In this document: positions 47,633 to 58,100 of the stretch, piece after piece
Layout of the letters: each line of letters opens with the position of its first letter
Position numbering within the stretch: position 1 is the first letter of the stretch
Assembly (NCBI GenBank): GCA_963663275.1
Contig: OY760183.1
Coordinates: 1,504,001-1,568,000 of the forward strand
Direction: 5' to 3'
DNA length: 64,000 nt
Source: Chloroflexota bacterium
Lineage (GTDB): Bacteria; Chloroflexota; UBA11872; VXOZ01
The notes under the pieces: model-generated
What the model saw: the letters and a program-made list of their open reading frames with translations, nothing else
Database searches by the model: none
Told to the model about the DNA's origin: nothing
Position numbers and translations under genes: made by a program

Positions 47633-49096
47633 ATGGCGGCGACGTACATAACTGGTTCGGATTCAGACGCTGCGCCCACGCCTGAGGCAGTAATTGCCTT
47701 TGCGAATGAGCATGGCTGTCAAATGGTCGATCTACGCTTTACCGACCTGCCGGGCACGTGGCAGCACTTTTCCATACCGATGACTCAGCTTGAACCGGAC
47801 GTGTTTGCCGAGGGCCTCGGCTTCGACGGCTCGTCCATTCGCGGGTTCCAGAGCATCGACGAGAGTGACATGCTCGTTATCCCCGACCCCTCCAGCGCCT
47901 TCATCGACCCCAACCTCGAGGTGAAGACCCTGGTGTTGATCTGCAACGTGGTGATCCCCGGGTCGTTGGCGCCGTACAACAAGGACCCGCGCCACGTGGC
48001 GCAGAAGTCCGAGCAGTATCTGAAGGACACGGGCATTGCCGACACGATCAACATCGGGCCCGAGGTCGAGTTCTTCATCTTCAACGACGTGCGCTTCGAC
48101 CAGAACGTGAACAGCGGCTACTACTTCATCGACTCCAGCGAGGGCGTGTGGAACACCGGCAACCTGGACGATGAAGCGCCCAACCTGGGTTTCCGGCCGC
48201 GTCTCAAGGGCGGCTACTATCCGACGCCGCCGGTGGACCAGTTGCAGGACGTGCGCTCCCGGATAACGCTCAAATTGCAGTCGGTCGGCATTGAGGTTGA
48301 GGTGCAGCACCACGAGGTGGCCACCGCCGGCCAGGCCGAGATCGACATGCGCTTCGATACGCTCACGCTCATGGCCGACCACGTCATGAAGTATAAGTAC
48401 GTGGTGCGGCAGACCTGCGTGGAGCACGGACTCACGGCCACGTTCATGCCCAAGCCGCTGTTCCAGGATAACGGTTCCGGCATGCACACCCACCAGAGTC
48501 TGTGGAAAGACGGCACGCCCATCTTCTACGACGCCGACGGCTACGCCTTGCTGAGCGACGAGGCCCGCTGGTACATCGGCGGCCTGCTGGAGCACGCGGC
48601 GGCGGTGCTGGCGTTTGCCGCGCCCACGACGAACTCGTATCGCCGCCTGGTGCCGGGCTACGAGGCGCCGGTCTACCTGGCCTACAGCGAGCGGAACCGC
48701 AGCGCGATGGTGCGTATTCCCACGTATTCCGAGAGCCCGGCCGCGCGCCGCCTGGAGTTCCGGCCGCCGGATCCTTCCTGCAACCCGTACTACGCCTTTG
48801 CGGCCTGCCTGATGGCGGGGCTGGACGGCATCCAGAACAAGATCGAGCCGCCGGAACCGCGCAACGTGGACCTCTATGAGCTTTCGCCTGAGGAGATGGC
48901 CGACATCCAGGCGGTGCCGGGTTCGCTGGGCGAGGCCCTGGACGCGCTGGAGGCCGACCACGAATTCCTGCTGAAGGGCGGCGTGTTTACGCAGGACCTC
49001 ATCGATAGTTGGCTGGAATATAAGCGCGTGGAGGAAGACGATCAGATCAGGTTGCGCCCCCATCCGTACGAGTTCTTCCTCTATTACGACGTGTAA
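47633..49096 (+). CDS. glnA: Type I glutamine synthetase
   Basis: FDGSSIRGF, HHEVATAGQ.EI, FMPKP...DNGSGMH, NSYRRLVPGYEAP and RPHPYEF motifs. Confidence 0.98.
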   Translation: MAATYITGSDSDAAPTPEAVIAFANEHGCQMVDLRFTDLPGTWQHFSIPMTQLEPDVFAEGLGFDGSSIRGFQSIDESDMLVIPDPSSAFIDPNLEVKTLVLICNVVIPGSLAPYNKDPRHVAQKSEQYLKDTGIADTINIGPEVEFFIFNDVRFDQNVNSGYYFIDSSEGVWNTGNLDDEAPNLGFRPRLKGGYYPTPPVDQLQDVRSRITLKLQSVGIEVEVQHHEVATAGQAEIDMRFDTLTLMADHVMKYKYVVRQTCVEHGLTATFMPKPLFQDNGSGMHTHQSLWKDGTPIFYDADGYALLSDEARWYIGGLLEHAAAVLAFAAPTTNSYRRLVPGYEAPVYLAYSERNRSAMVRIPTYSESPAARRLEFRPPDPSCNPYYAFAACLMAGLDGIQNKIEPPEPRNVDLYELSPEEMADIQAVPGSLGEALDALEADHEFLLKGGVFTQDLIDSWLEYKRVEEDDQIRLRPHPYEFFLYYDV

Positions 49097-49149
49097 GCCG
49101 GCGGTCTTCAGACCCGCGAGACGGCAGCGGCCTCCGTCGGCCGCCCATT

Positions 49150-49433
49150 GGCGGGGGGCAAGCCCCCGCGCTACGGCAGCGGTGGGTTGGCGGTTGGCGT
49201 GGTTGGGGTCTGGCGCGACGAGGCGGGGAACAAGCCCCCGCGCTACAAGGTTGGTTACGCAGGTGTAGGGGCACGACATGTCGTGCCCCTACACCGCATG
49301 GCAGAACGTGTAGAGGCATCCTGCTCACACGGCCGGTGGTGCATCCTGCTCCCTCTGGCGGCGAGGCGGCTTGTTCTCTCTGCCGGCGAGGCATTATGCT
49401 CCCTCTCACTGGGGAGAGGGTTGGGGTGAGGGG
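49150..49433. repeat. REP cluster downstream of glnA
   Basis: Two minus-strand A-type copies, the palindrome ggtgtaggggcacgacatgtcgtgcccctacacc (49262-49295), and a ccctctc..gagaggg unit. Confidence 0.85.
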
Positions 49434-49467
49434 AGATTTCGCGGCAATTCCCAGCCAGGGCAAGCGT

Positions 49468-49827
49468 ATGCCGACTTACGAATACCAATGCCGTGACTGC
49501 AAGCAGGCGTCATCGCACTTCTTCCGCAGCTTTTCGCAGGTGCGGGCGCCGGTCTGTCCGCATTGCGCCTCCACCGATCTGGAGCGTCTGGTCTCGCGCG
49601 TTGCCGTGCACCGCGGCGGCGTCTCCCCGGAAGACCCTTCCTTCATCGATGACTTCGACGAGAGCGATCCCCGCGCGCTGGGCCGCTTGGCGCGCACAAT
49701 GGGCGAGGAGTCCGGTGAAGAGCTGCCCGGCGAATACGAGGATATGGTGCGGAAATTGGAGTCAGGCAAGATACCCGATGACGACGACTTTGGCGGAGCG
49801 GGCGATGCGAACGAGCCGCCGCTTTGA
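49468..49827 (+). CDS. FmdB family zinc-ribbon protein
   Basis: MPTYEYQC..C...CPHC.S..LERL.S. Confidence 0.88.
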   Translation: MPTYEYQCRDCKQASSHFFRSFSQVRAPVCPHCASTDLERLVSRVAVHRGGVSPEDPSFIDDFDESDPRALGRLARTMGEESGEELPGEYEDMVRKLESGKIPDDDDFGGAGDANEPPL

Positions 49828-49836
49828 CGAAACACG

Positions 49837-50724
49837 ATGACTGCTGCGAAGTCGAATGCTGAGGCGGCTGCCGCGCCTTATCGCTTGATCGCCTTAGACG
49901 TGGACGGCACGCTGCTGGACTCGCGCGGCGGGGTCACGCCGGGCACGAAAGCGACGCTTCAGGAACTTGCCGGGCGGGGCGTCCACGTGGCGCTGGCAAC
50001 CGGCAGGCGCTATCTCATAGCCAATTTCATTCCGCCATTGCTCGAAATCCCGCTCTACATGATTCTCAGCAACGGCGCGGTGATTCGCGATCACACCGGC
50101 GCGATCGCGTACGAGAGTTACCTGCCGAGCGCGTGGGCGTGGCGCGCGGTGGATGAGGCGCGCCGCCTGGGACTGCAAGCGACCATCTACGAGAACGCTG
50201 CGGCCGGCGACCGCATGTTGTTCGACGGCGACTGGCGCGCGCACAGAAGCCCGCAGGCGCAGATCAAGCGGCGGCCGGAACTGGAAGCGCTGTTCGTCGA
50301 CCTCACGACCGTCACCGACCTGCCGGACCCGGTGGAAATCGTGCTCTGGGGCAGCGACGAGGAGATGCAGAGCCTGGCTGAGGCGCTGCGGGCGACGGGA
50401 CATGACTACACGCTGGTCTTCTGGCGGGGGCGGGAGTCCAGTTCGTTCGTGCGCGACGGGCAGAGCGCGTTGGAAATCCTCGGGCCGAACACCTCGAAAG
50501 CGACGGCCCTCGCGTGGCTCTGCGCGCGCCTGGGCGTGGAACCGGCCGCGGTGGCGGCGTTCGGCGACGACGTGAACGACGTGGAGATGCTGCGCTTCGC
50601 GGGTCTGGGCGTGGCCGTGGGCAACGCGACCCAGGCGGCCCGCGACGCGGCGGATATTTATACGCACAACGATGACGATGAGGGCGTGGCGCGCACCTTG
50701 CGGCGGCTCATGGGGCAGGCCTAG
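49837..50724 (+). CDS. Cof-type HAD-IIB hydrolase
   Basis: DVDGTLL, ATGR, SNGA, SKA.AL and FGDDVNDVEML motifs. Confidence 0.93.
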   Translation: MTAAKSNAEAAAAPYRLIALDVDGTLLDSRGGVTPGTKATLQELAGRGVHVALATGRRYLIANFIPPLLEIPLYMILSNGAVIRDHTGAIAYESYLPSAWAWRAVDEARRLGLQATIYENAAAGDRMLFDGDWRAHRSPQAQIKRRPELEALFVDLTTVTDLPDPVEIVLWGSDEEMQSLAEALRATGHDYTLVFWRGRESSSFVRDGQSALEILGPNTSKATALAWLCARLGVEPAAVAAFGDDVNDVEMLRFAGLGVAVGNATQAARDAADIYTHNDDDEGVARTLRRLMGQA

Positions 50725-50772
50725 AGGCGCTGCGTCTCTATTAGGAAGCGCGAACTGAAGGAGTGCGAGATT

Positions 50773-51768
50773 GTGGAACCGATTCGTGTGGCGCAAATGG
50801 GATTGGGCGCGGTAGGGTGCGGCATCGTCCGGACGGCCTTGGGGCGTTCCCAGTTGCGCGTGGTGGGCGCGGTGGACGTAGATCCGGACAAGGTGGGGCA
50901 AGACCTGGGCGAGGTGCTGGGCGTGGACGCGGCGCTGGGCATTCCGGTGCGGGCGTCGCTGGGAGACGTGCTGGAAGCGCAGCCGGTTGACGTGGTGTTG
51001 CAAGCGACCGGCTCGCACATACCGGACGTGGCGGGCCAACTCACGGACATCGCGGCGGCCGGCTGCCACGTGGTGAGCACCTGCGAGGAGTTGGCCTATC
51101 CCTGGCTGCGCCATCCCACGCTTGCCCAGGAGATCGACGCCGCGGCCCGTGAAAACGGCGTCACCATCCTGGGCACCGGCGTCAACCCCGGTTTCATCAT
51201 GGATACGCTGGTGCTGGTGGCCACGGCGGTGTGCGGCGACGTGCGGCGCATCGTTTCCACGCGGGTCGTGGCCGCGCGGGAGCGGCGCCTGGCGTTGCAG
51301 CAGAAGATCGGCTCCGGCATGGCGGAGGCCGACTTTCGCGCGCTGGCGGCCCGCGGCGAGATCGGCCACGTGGGGCTGCGGGAGTCGTTCTATCTGATCG
51401 CCGCCGGCCTGGGCTGGGAGATGCCGGAGCCGCAAGAGACCATCGACCCGGTGCGCGCGGATGAGCGAATCACTACCGAAGACTTCGACATCGCCGCCGG
51501 GCAGGTGGCCGGCATCCATCAGACGATCCAGGCAAGCAGCGCGGGCCGCGAACTCGTTCTCGATCTCACAATGAGCATGGCGGCGAGTGAAAGCCGGGAC
51601 AGCATTGCCGTCGAGGCCGCGCCGCCGATGCACCTTGAAGTGGTGGGCGGCACGCACGGCGATCAGGCAACGTGGTCCATGGTGGCGAATATGGTACCGC
51701 GCGTAGCGGCCGCGCCGGCCGGCCTGCTGACGATGCTCGACGCGGGCCTGCCCCGCGCCATCGGATAA
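50773..51768 (+). CDS. NAD(P)-dependent DapB-N / 2,4-diaminopentanoate dehydrogenase-like (amine dehydrogenase) protein
   Basis: GLGAVG, VVSTCEELAYP, GTGVNPGFIMD.L, GHVGL.ES and GD.AT...N motifs. Confidence 0.8.
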   Translation: MEPIRVAQMGLGAVGCGIVRTALGRSQLRVVGAVDVDPDKVGQDLGEVLGVDAALGIPVRASLGDVLEAQPVDVVLQATGSHIPDVAGQLTDIAAAGCHVVSTCEELAYPWLRHPTLAQEIDAAARENGVTILGTGVNPGFIMDTLVLVATAVCGDVRRIVSTRVVAARERRLALQQKIGSGMAEADFRALAARGEIGHVGLRESFYLIAAGLGWEMPEPQETIDPVRADERITTEDFDIAAGQVAGIHQTIQASSAGRELVLDLTMSMAASESRDSIAVEAAPPMHLEVVGGTHGDQATWSMVANMVPRVAAAPAGLLTMLDAGLPRAIG

Positions 51769-51778
51769 GGGATGCGCC

Positions 51779-52645
51779 GTGGCTCGCCCGCTCAGACGGC
51801 TCTCGCCGAGCAGCATCCGCGCCTACGAGCGCTGCGCGTACATGTACCACCTGCGGTACAACGAGCGCATCCGCACGCCGAACACGGCGGCGCAACTGCT
51901 TGGCCGGGCGGTGCACGCCGTCATCGAGCTCTTCTATAAGGAAAGACGGGATAAGAACGCCGTGCTCGACGTTGAGGCGGCGTTCGACGCGCTCGACGAC
52001 TCCCTGGACGCCACGCTGCACGAACTCGACGAGGAAGGGCGCGCGGAAGTCGAGGATTTGCGCGAACTGGGCTACGACCTGGTGGAGTACTACGTGGAGG
52101 AGGTCGCGCCCCACGTGCGGCCCCATCTGATCGAGCAACGCTTCTCGTTTACCCTGCCGGGGGTTGACGTTCCCATCGTGGGCTACGTGGACCTGGTAGA
52201 CCAGGATGGCACAGTGATCGACCACAAGACCGCCGCTTCACCCTTTCCCGAAGACTATCTCGCACAAGACGTGCAGTTGCTCACGTACAGCCTCGGCTAC
52301 CACGCCCTGCGCATGGGCGCGCGCCAGCGGCCGGGGCAACTGCCTTTCGTCCACATGCTGCCCCCCGTGCGGCTGGACGTGCTCATCAAGGGCGAGGAGA
52401 TCACCTACCAGCGGCTCGACTTTCGCTATGAGCAGGAACACGTCGAGCGGTACGTGGAGCGGGTGAACGGTGTGGCCGCCGGCATCCGGTCAGCGGACTT
52501 CCGCCCCTTCTGGCAAACGCGAGAGCCGGACCCGGACGTCTGCGGCTACTGCGACTTCAAGCACGTCTGCACGTACCGGCTGCCTGATTCCGTGGATGCC
52601 CCCGCCGAGGGCGGCGCGGACGATCCGGCAACAGACGTCGGGTGA
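51779..52645 (+). CDS. PD-(D/E)XK nuclease (RecB/AddB/Cas4-like)
   Basis: LSPSSI..Y.RC, G.AVH, E...GYVDL...IDHKT, QL..Y and C-terminal CGYCDFKHVC. Confidence 0.88.
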   Translation: MARPLRRLSPSSIRAYERCAYMYHLRYNERIRTPNTAAQLLGRAVHAVIELFYKERRDKNAVLDVEAAFDALDDSLDATLHELDEEGRAEVEDLRELGYDLVEYYVEEVAPHVRPHLIEQRFSFTLPGVDVPIVGYVDLVDQDGTVIDHKTAASPFPEDYLAQDVQLLTYSLGYHALRMGARQRPGQLPFVHMLPPVRLDVLIKGEEITYQRLDFRYEQEHVERYVERVNGVAAGIRSADFRPFWQTREPDPDVCGYCDFKHVCTYRLPDSVDAPAEGGADDPATDVG

Positions 52646-52966
52646 GCGCGGCGCGGGCCGGGTGGAGTTTGCGGCTGCCGCGTGCGGCGGCTATGGGGCG
52701 CGCGTCCCGACTTGCGCTCAGCAGTTTTCCCCTCATGTCCTTTCCCCGCGCCTCTCGCTTCTCAATTTGCGCCGCATTTCCGCGGCGTTGCCGACCGGTA
52801 ACAAATATGAGAATGCGATAAGAAAACCCTCCGGCGTCTTGCCACTGGCGGACAGTCTCAGTATGATGGTGCCTAAGCTACGGGGGAACGGGTGCGCGGG
52901 GAGCAATGGAAGCAGCGCACGCGGCGTAGCCGGTTGGGAGGAAGCCTAGACTCGGCTTTGTGCGGG

Positions 52967-53317
52967 TCGTGGACGTTCATCCTTCGACAGGCTCAGGACG
53001 AACGGGTAGATGCGGCTTTGCGCGGGGCGTGGTCGTTCATCCTTCGACAGGCTCAGGACGAACGGGTAGACGCAACCTTGCGATGGGGCGTGGTGCGCCT
53101 TTCTCGATGCGCGGTGTTTGCGGCGGCTGCTTGCGGTTGCTGCGACTGCGGTGCGCGAGACCCCCCTTTTTCCACGCGCGGAAGTTCCTCAAAAACCCCT
53201 TCCCCATTGAGGGGGAAGGTTGGGATGGGGGTGAAAAGGCTTAAAGTCAAGCCACCCTTAGTTGAGTAGATCTGGATTCCGGCTTCTGCCGGAATGACGG
53301 AGTTTCGCAGAGGTCTT
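52967..53317. repeat. Mixed REP cluster
   Basis: cgttcatccttcgacaggctcaggacgaacgg twice at a 60-bp period, ccttcccc..ggggaagg, ctggattccggcttctgccggaatgacg, and gtttcgcagaggtct. Confidence 0.8.
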
Positions 53318-53415
53318 CTGCGGAGAGACGCGGCGGGCGCGGTCGTACTATACTGTAGACCGCAACGGATCACCGCAGCAGAAGCGTCGTAATCGAGGAG
53401 TCAGGCATTCGTAGA

Positions 53416-53835
53416 ATGCGAGCACGAGCAGAATCACATCCGCCACTGCCGGATGCGCTGCGCAAGCGGCTGCTGAAGCTGGGCGGCCGATTGCCGGGAT
53501 ACGCCTTTGTGCTGGGCGCGGCCTTGCGGCGGCGGAGCATAACGGCGGCCTACGGGCAGGCCTTGGCGCGGGAGGCCGGTTTTGGACGCCTGCCGGTGGC
53601 GGCGCCGGGCCGCGCGTTGCCCGGCTTTCGCCGGCTTGGTAGAGTAGCGGTCATTGGCGTAGTGTTGCACGTGCTGCTGCGCCAGAGCGGCGGCGGGTGG
53701 AGGCGGCGCGGCCTCAGGCTGGCCGGTCTCAGCCTCGCCGCCCTGCGGCACGATGCCGGCACCCTCATCGCGGTGGCGCGCTGGGCGGTCCTGGGCCTGG
53801 TTGCCAGGCGGGCGCGGCTGCGCACGGGCGTATGA
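53416..53835 (+). CDS. Hypothetical basic protein
   Basis: ORF fills the gap co-directionally, with GAGGAG ~15 nt upstream. No recognised motif. Confidence 0.35.
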   Translation: MRARAESHPPLPDALRKRLLKLGGRLPGYAFVLGAALRRRSITAAYGQALAREAGFGRLPVAAPGRALPGFRRLGRVAVIGVVLHVLLRQSGGGWRRRGLRLAGLSLAALRHDAGTLIAVARWAVLGLVARRARLRTGV

Positions 53836-53874
53836 CTTGCAAGCGCCGGGCGGTGATTGCGCGGTCTTTCCTTA

Positions 53875-54936
53875 ATGTATAGAGTAATGCTGCCGGCGGG
53901 CGGCCGGAATGCGGAGACCAGGGAGAAAGCGGACGTGGCCATTGCGGAGGAACGGCTGGGCCAGGAAATCTGGGCCGACTTGCAGAGCGACGCGCGGGAG
54001 CGCATCCACGGCGCGCTGCTCATGCTCAGCGAGCGGGAGCGGCAGATCGCGCTGATAGACCTGGCGCGCATGGTCGGCACGCCCAACCAATATAGCGTCA
54101 CCGAGCGCGTCTCGGTGGGCAAGGCGCTCTCGTTCGTCGGCGACCCCCGCATCCGCGTCCACGACCCCATGTTGGTGCGGGCGCCGGGCGGCGGCTTCAC
54201 CATGGGTACGTCAGAAGAAGCGGTAGAGCGGATGCTGGCGGAGGACGGCGCCGGCGCAGGCGGCGATGCGGAACCGCTCCACCACACGGAGCGGGGCGCG
54301 GCCCTGATGGAAACGCCGGCGCGTACGGTCGAGTTGCCGCCGTTCTCTATTGGCAAATTTCTCGTGACGAATCTCGAGTTCCGCTCTTTCGTGCTCGCCG
54401 GCGGGGCCCCGGCGCGAGAGTATTGGGAAGGCACGACCGTAGACCCCTGGATCCAGAATCAACCGGTGCGCGGCGTTACGTGGGACGAGGCCGTGGCGTA
54501 CTGCGACTGGCTGGCAAACGAGACCGGTCGCCCTTTTCGCCTGCCCACCGAGGAAGAATGGGAGAAAGCGGCGCGCGGTCCGGACGGCAGGACGTTTCCG
54601 TGGGGAGACGAGTTCCGCTACAATAACGCAAACGTGTGGGAGTGCGGTGTCGGCGCGCCCACGCCGGTCGGGGTCTATCCCGAAGGGGTGAGCCCCTACG
54701 GCGCGCTCGACATGGCCGGTAACGTGGCGGAGTGGACGGCGTCGTTCATGGGGACGTATCCGGATTCCGCCGGCGGCGAGGCGGTTGACGGCGCGGTGGC
54801 CGAGTACGGGCGCTACCGGGTGATACGCGGCGGTTGCTGGCGGGACGGGCAGCGGCAGGCGCGCTGCGCGCGGCGCGGCAACCCCAACGCCCCCCAGGGT
54901 CCCGCAATCGGGTTCCGGGTGGCTCTGGACGCCTGA
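53875..54936 (+). CDS. FGE-sulfatase (SUMF1/EgtB/PvdO) domain protein
   Basis: F.MG, VTN.EF..FV, PV..V.W.EA.AYC.W, RLPTE.EWEKAARG, DMAGNVAEW, RGG.W and IGFR motifs. Start uncertain. Confidence 0.88.
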   Translation: MYRVMLPAGGRNAETREKADVAIAEERLGQEIWADLQSDARERIHGALLMLSERERQIALIDLARMVGTPNQYSVTERVSVGKALSFVGDPRIRVHDPMLVRAPGGGFTMGTSEEAVERMLAEDGAGAGGDAEPLHHTERGAALMETPARTVELPPFSIGKFLVTNLEFRSFVLAGGAPAREYWEGTTVDPWIQNQPVRGVTWDEAVAYCDWLANETGRPFRLPTEEEWEKAARGPDGRTFPWGDEFRYNNANVWECGVGAPTPVGVYPEGVSPYGALDMAGNVAEWTASFMGTYPDSAGGEAVDGAVAEYGRYRVIRGGCWRDGQRQARCARRGNPNAPQGPAIGFRVALDA

Positions 54937-55160
54937 GCGGCGTAAGACAATTTCAGAGTCTTCCACGCGGCGTGGCGTAGAAGCGTCCATTTACTTGACG
55001 CTGATAAGAATCGTGTGCTAGCGTACACTGTAATGTGGAGCGCAGGCTCCGGTTGGGGTAGAGTCCGGTCACGGTGAGAACAGGAAATGCTTAGTCCGCG
55101 CCGGTGTCGAGGGTCTGTGGCGCGTGATGTGTCGCTCGTAACGTGAGGGTGGAAAAGTTC

Positions 55161-58100
55161 ATGGATAACCTGAAGAGAGAAGTCATGCGGCTTCAGGCGG
55201 CGATGAGAAAATCCGAAGCGGTGCGCAATCTGCGTTCGTGGAGCGTTTGGCTGAACGTCGCTCTGGCCGTAATGCTGGTGACGATTTCCATCCCAACCGC
55301 GGCCTCGGCCGCGGTCTTCGCGCAGGCGAGCCAGCCGAAGGACGGGGAAGAAGAGGATGCGGAGGAGAAGGAAGGCACGTTCATTACGCACGCTACCGGC
55401 GTGATCGAAGTGAAGCTGGAGGCCAATTACGCCGAAACGCTTGAAGATTACGCCAAGCAAGGCTACGAGTGGGTCGAGGACGCGGATATTCCCATCGACC
55501 TGTCGAATTTCGTCCGCTTCCGGGGCCAGGAGCCGGAGATTCTGAGCGAACTCGACGGACGCACCGGCGAAATCATCAACTGGCAGGAAGAGACCGAGTG
55601 GATGGAGTGGCGCGTAACCGTGCCCAAGACCGGTCTCTACAATATCGAACTCGAATACTACCCCTTGGCGGGCAAGCGCGCTTCCATCCAGCGGCGCATC
55701 CAGATTGACGGCGAGTACCCGTTCCAGGAAGCGCGGCGGCTGGTCTTCGTGCGCTTCTGGACGGACAAGGGCCTGCCGACCACGGATAATCAAGGCAACG
55801 ACCGCCGCCCCGGCCAACGGGAAGACCCGCGCTGGGAGACGGTGCGCATCATCGATGGCGACGGCATGTACCCGTGGCCCTTCGACTTCTATCTGACTGA
55901 AGGCGAGCACGTGATTCGCATGATCACCGTGCGCGAGCCAATGGCGATCCGCAGTATGCGCCTGGTTACGCCGGATCGCCCGCCAACTTACGCCGAGGTG
56001 CTCAAGTCCTACGCGGAAAATGGCTACAAGAACGCGGGCGAGACCTTGATTCGCCACCAGGCCGAGTTGCCGGTGGAGCGCACCGAGGCCACCATCCGCA
56101 TGGAGTACACCTCCGGCCCGCTGGTGGACCCGTATTCCGCGGGCTACGTGCGCCTGAACGCCTATGGCTCCTATCGCTGGCGCCGCGCGCTGCAAGCGGC
56201 CACGTGGGAGTTCGAGGTGCCGGAAGACGGTCTCTACAAGATTGCCTGGCGGCGCTGGCAGGCCTACGCCAGCTTCCTGCCCTCGGCCCGGCGCATTCTC
56301 ATTGACGGCAAAGTGCCGTTCCAGGAACTCAACAGCTTCCTCTTTACGCCGGATAACGACCGCGATTGGCGCATTGTGCCTTTCGGCGATCGCTCCGGCG
56401 AGGGCGAGCCTTACCTCTTCTATCTGACGAAAGGGAAGCATACCCTGACGATGGAGGTCACCGTCGGCCCCTCGGCGGAGACCATTCGCGCCATCAACAA
56501 GGTGGTGACGGACCTTTCCATCATGGTGCGCGAGATTACGATGATTACGGGCGTCAATCCGGACCCGTACATGGAATTCGACCTTACCTCGCGTATTCCC
56601 ACGCTGGTGCCGCGCCTGGTGACGAATTACGAGTTGCTGGAAGCGCAAGTCGACCACATGACCATGGTGAATAACGGCGTTAAGCCGAACGTGGCCAACG
56701 TGTTGGGCGAGGTGGCGTACCAGTTGCGCGACATGGCCCGGGACCCGGAGAGCATGTCCCGCCGCCTGAGCGACCTGAGCGCCAGCCAGGGCCGTCTCTC
56801 CCAGTGGCTCCTCTATTTGCGCGAGCATCCGCTCTGGCTCGACTACCTCTTGATTACCAATCCTGAGTTCGAGCTTGGCGTGGGCAAGGCCAGCATCTTC
56901 CAGAAGGGCTGGGCCGGCTTCATGAACTTCCTGAGTTCATTCGTGCGCAACTACTACGGCGTCGGCTCCATCTACGGCGATAGCGACGACACCATTACGG
57001 TGTGGGTGGCGCGCGGTCGTGAGTGGGGCATGATCATGAAGGATATGACAGAGGACGACTTTACGCCGGCCAGCGGCATTGCCGTTAACCTGCAAGTATT
57101 CCCGCCGGCGCAACTTAGCGCGGGCTCGGTGAACGTGTTGCTCCTGTCAGTGGCCAGTGGCGTGACTCCGGATGTGGCCACCGGCGTTCTTCCCGATGTC
57201 CCCGTGGAGTTTGCTATCCGTAACGGCGTTGCAAACATGAATAAGTTTTTGGACTATCAGGAGGTGACAACGCGATTCCGGCCCGGCGCGCTGCTGCCCT
57301 TCCGTTGGGAGGGCGGAGACTACGCAATACCGGAAACGCAGGACTTCCTGATGATGTTCTACCGTACGGACATCTTCACTGAATTGGGTCTGACGCCGCC
57401 CGACACGTGGCAAGACCTCTACAACATGATCTGGTTGCTGCAACAACGCGGCATGGACTTCTTCTTCCCGCCGGTAGGAGTCTCCGCGGGCGGCGGCATA
57501 TACGGCTTGGCTGAGTCCCTTGTGCCGGGGTTCCTGCCTTTCCTCTACCAGAACGGTGGCGACTTCTATACCGAGAAAGGCCTGAGCGCGCTCGACTCGC
57601 CGGAAGCCCTGGCGGGATTCCGCGAGTGGACGGAGTTGTACACGAATTACAAGATTACCCAGCAGGCCGACTTCTACAACCGTATGCGTACGGGAGAAAT
57701 GCCGATTGGTGTATCGGGCTTCTTTACGTACATCCTGCTATCCGTGGCCGCGCCGGAGCTTGAGGGCCGCTGGGAAATGCTGCCGCTGCCCGGTAAACGC
57801 CGTCCGGACGGACAGGTAGACCGTACCTCAGGCGGCTATGGTCAAGCGGTTGTGATCATGGACAATTCAGATAAACAGGACAAGGCTTGGGAGTGGGCGA
57901 AGTGGTGGACGTCAACGCGGGCCCAGGCGCGCTTTGGTGAAGAGCTCGAGGCCCTGATTGGCACGGAAGCGCGCTGGAACACGGCCAACGTGAAGGCGCT
58001 CAACCAACTGCCCTTCCCGCAAAAGGACATCGAATCCATCCAGGAGCAATGGCGCTGGTTCAAGGAGCAGCCGGTGACCCTGGGCGGCTACTTTACGCCG

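Noticed and set aside
50773-51768. Second dapB
   Set aside because: It lacks the EXHHXXKXDAPSGTA motif and shares only the N-terminal Rossmann domain.
49894-51816. Long antisense ORFs (e.g. 49894..51816, 54813..56828, 43487..45202, 47732..49279, 10130..11677)
   Set aside because: These are shadow frames of high-GC genes, fully overlapping well-supported CDS and lacking motifs.
51779-52645. cas4 call
   Set aside because: It has the Cas4/AddB-like Cys pattern, but no cas1/cas2 or array in the window, so it was kept as a generic PD-(D/E)XK nuclease.
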